A DNA stretch of 64,000 nucleotides from Pseudothermotoga sp. (lineage in GTDB: Bacteria; Thermotogota; Thermotogae; Thermotogales; DSM-5069). Every line of letters begins with the position of its first letter. Position 1 is the first letter of the stretch. Where the stretch lies: NCBI GenBank assembly GCA_031962025.1, contig JAVRKW010000005.1, one strand, 5' to 3'. The position numbers and the translations under genes are program-made. The notes beneath the pieces are model-generated. The model saw only the letters and a program-made list of their open reading frames with translations, had not been told where the DNA came from and ran no database searches. Positions 62,826-64,000 of this stretch are shown one piece after another.

Positions 62826-64000
62826 AATTTTATCTGAATTTTGAAGGTGTAGCATCCACATTATATATTCTTCTCACACAGGGCGCAGTTTTCACAGGTC
62901 TTGCTTTGGCATTTGGACTTGATGAGTTTCTCATTGGTGTGAGTGCCGCTTTTCCAATGATCGCTCAGGCATTTCAGATAGTTTCACCTTTGATAATGAG
63001 AAAATTTCCAAAGCGCAGGTTTTTGACCAATCTTTTTAACCTTCTTTCGAGATCTCCATGGATATTGCTCATGATACTTTTGCTCGTTCCAAACAGAAGT
63101 CCAGCCGTCTTTGTAACAGTTTTTGCCTTTTCCCAGATTTTTGGGACTCTTGCTGGAAACGCCTGGACATCGCTGGTTCGTGATTTGATACCAGAAGAAG
63201 AAAGAGGCACATTTTTTGGCAGAAGAAATATCTACATCTCTCTTGTGACACTGGTCGCTTTCTATGGCTACTCCCTGCTCATTGAGAAATTCCAGGATCC
63301 GCTGGGTTATGAAATCGTCATCGGTATTGGCATGATCGGGATGCTTCTATCTCTCTGGGCTTTGAAAAAAGTGCCGGAAGTCCCTCTTAAAAGTTCTGGT
63401 GCCCTGATAGAAACAAAAGTAGTATTTCAAGATTACAATTTCATGAGACTGTGTTTGTTCTATCTGATATGGAATGCAGTGATAGCATTTACTTCTCCTT
63501 TTTACAGCTATCATCTGCTGAAAAATTTAAATGTACCTTTTTCGTACATAGGTATCACAACGGTTATTAACAGTCTTGTCGCAATGGCTTTCTACAACAT
63601 TTGGGGTAAACTTTCAGACAAATACGGTCATAAAACAGTGGCTGTCCTTGGAATAATCATGGCTTGTTATGTTTCACCTCTATGGATCTTTATGAATCAG
63701 TTCACTTGGAGATATATGATGATCGTCGATGTTGTCATGTCTGGTATTGCCTGGTCTGCCATAAACCTCACTTTTCTGACACTGCCAATGGAGGTAGCCC
63801 GCAGTTCTTCTCCGGCATACTTTGCCATGTACTCGATGTTTGGCGGTGTTGGCGGGCTGATCGGAGCAATAATAGGCGGAGCAACTGCTAAAGCATTATC
63901 TTCGGTGAAATTTTCAATTTTAGGGATCCCCATAGTTGGAATACAGATAATGTTCTTCATGGCAAGTTTTATGAGAGCTTCCACTTTGAGATTCATATTG
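62822..64000 (+). CDS. MFS transporter, 3' end beyond window
   Basis: ATG 62822 overlaps rtcB stop; reads MKFYLNFEGVASTLYILLTQGAVFTGLAL..., many TM helices, WGKLSDKYG motif; absent from the ORF track because it has no stop in the window. Confidence 0.85.
   Translation, partial: MKFYLNFEGVASTLYILLTQGAVFTGLALAFGLDEFLIGVSAAFPMIAQAFQIVSPLIMRKFPKRRFLTNLFNLLSRSPWILLMILLLVPNRSPAVFVTVFAFSQIFGTLAGNAWTSLVRDLIPEEERGTFFGRRNIYISLVTLVAFYGYSLLIEKFQDPLGYEIVIGIGMIGMLLSLWALKKVPEVPLKSSGALIETKVVFQDYNFMRLCLFYLIWNAVIAFTSPFYSYHLLKNLNVPFSYIGITTVINSLVAMAFYNIWGKLSDKYGHKTVAVLGIIMACYVSPLWIFMNQFTWRYMMIVDVVMSGIAWSAINLTFLTLPMEVARSSSPAYFAMYSMFGGVGGLIGAIIGGATAKALSSVKFSILGIPIVGIQIMFFMASFMRASTLRFIL

Overview
Gene-dense chromosomal segment of a Thermotogales bacterium, probably Pseudothermotoga. 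This assignment is inferred from recalled T. maritima-like proteins and synteny: an HK853-like kinase before rbfA-truB-ribF, three tandem M42 peptidases, and a giant MalG. The window holds about 59 CDS and one tRNA-Cys. Housekeeping genes include rbfA, truB, rlmB, mrnC, minC, gltX, asnS, recN, ruvB, a UvrD-like helicase, nadK, panD, mtaD and rtcB. It also has two sugar ABC clusters and several envelope/competence genes. No CRISPR array, rRNA, transposase or integrase was seen. Most interesting: (1) an ~1100-aa LptF/G + OstA/LptA-like + LptD-like fusion with an apparent internal signal peptide, plus an lptB-skp operon elsewhere in the window; (2) a ROK-regulated sugar ABC operon ending in an amidohydrolase and a non-ArgH fumarate-releasing lyase, with a clear promoter and operator; (3) a ~200-nt highly structured ncRNA upstream of rlmB, possibly 6S RNA; (4) a radical SAM gene that apparently starts at ATT; (5) a truncated GH53 galactanase; (6) a RibF that has lost its kinase motif. 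Family calls rest on motif recognition by eye, not on database searches.
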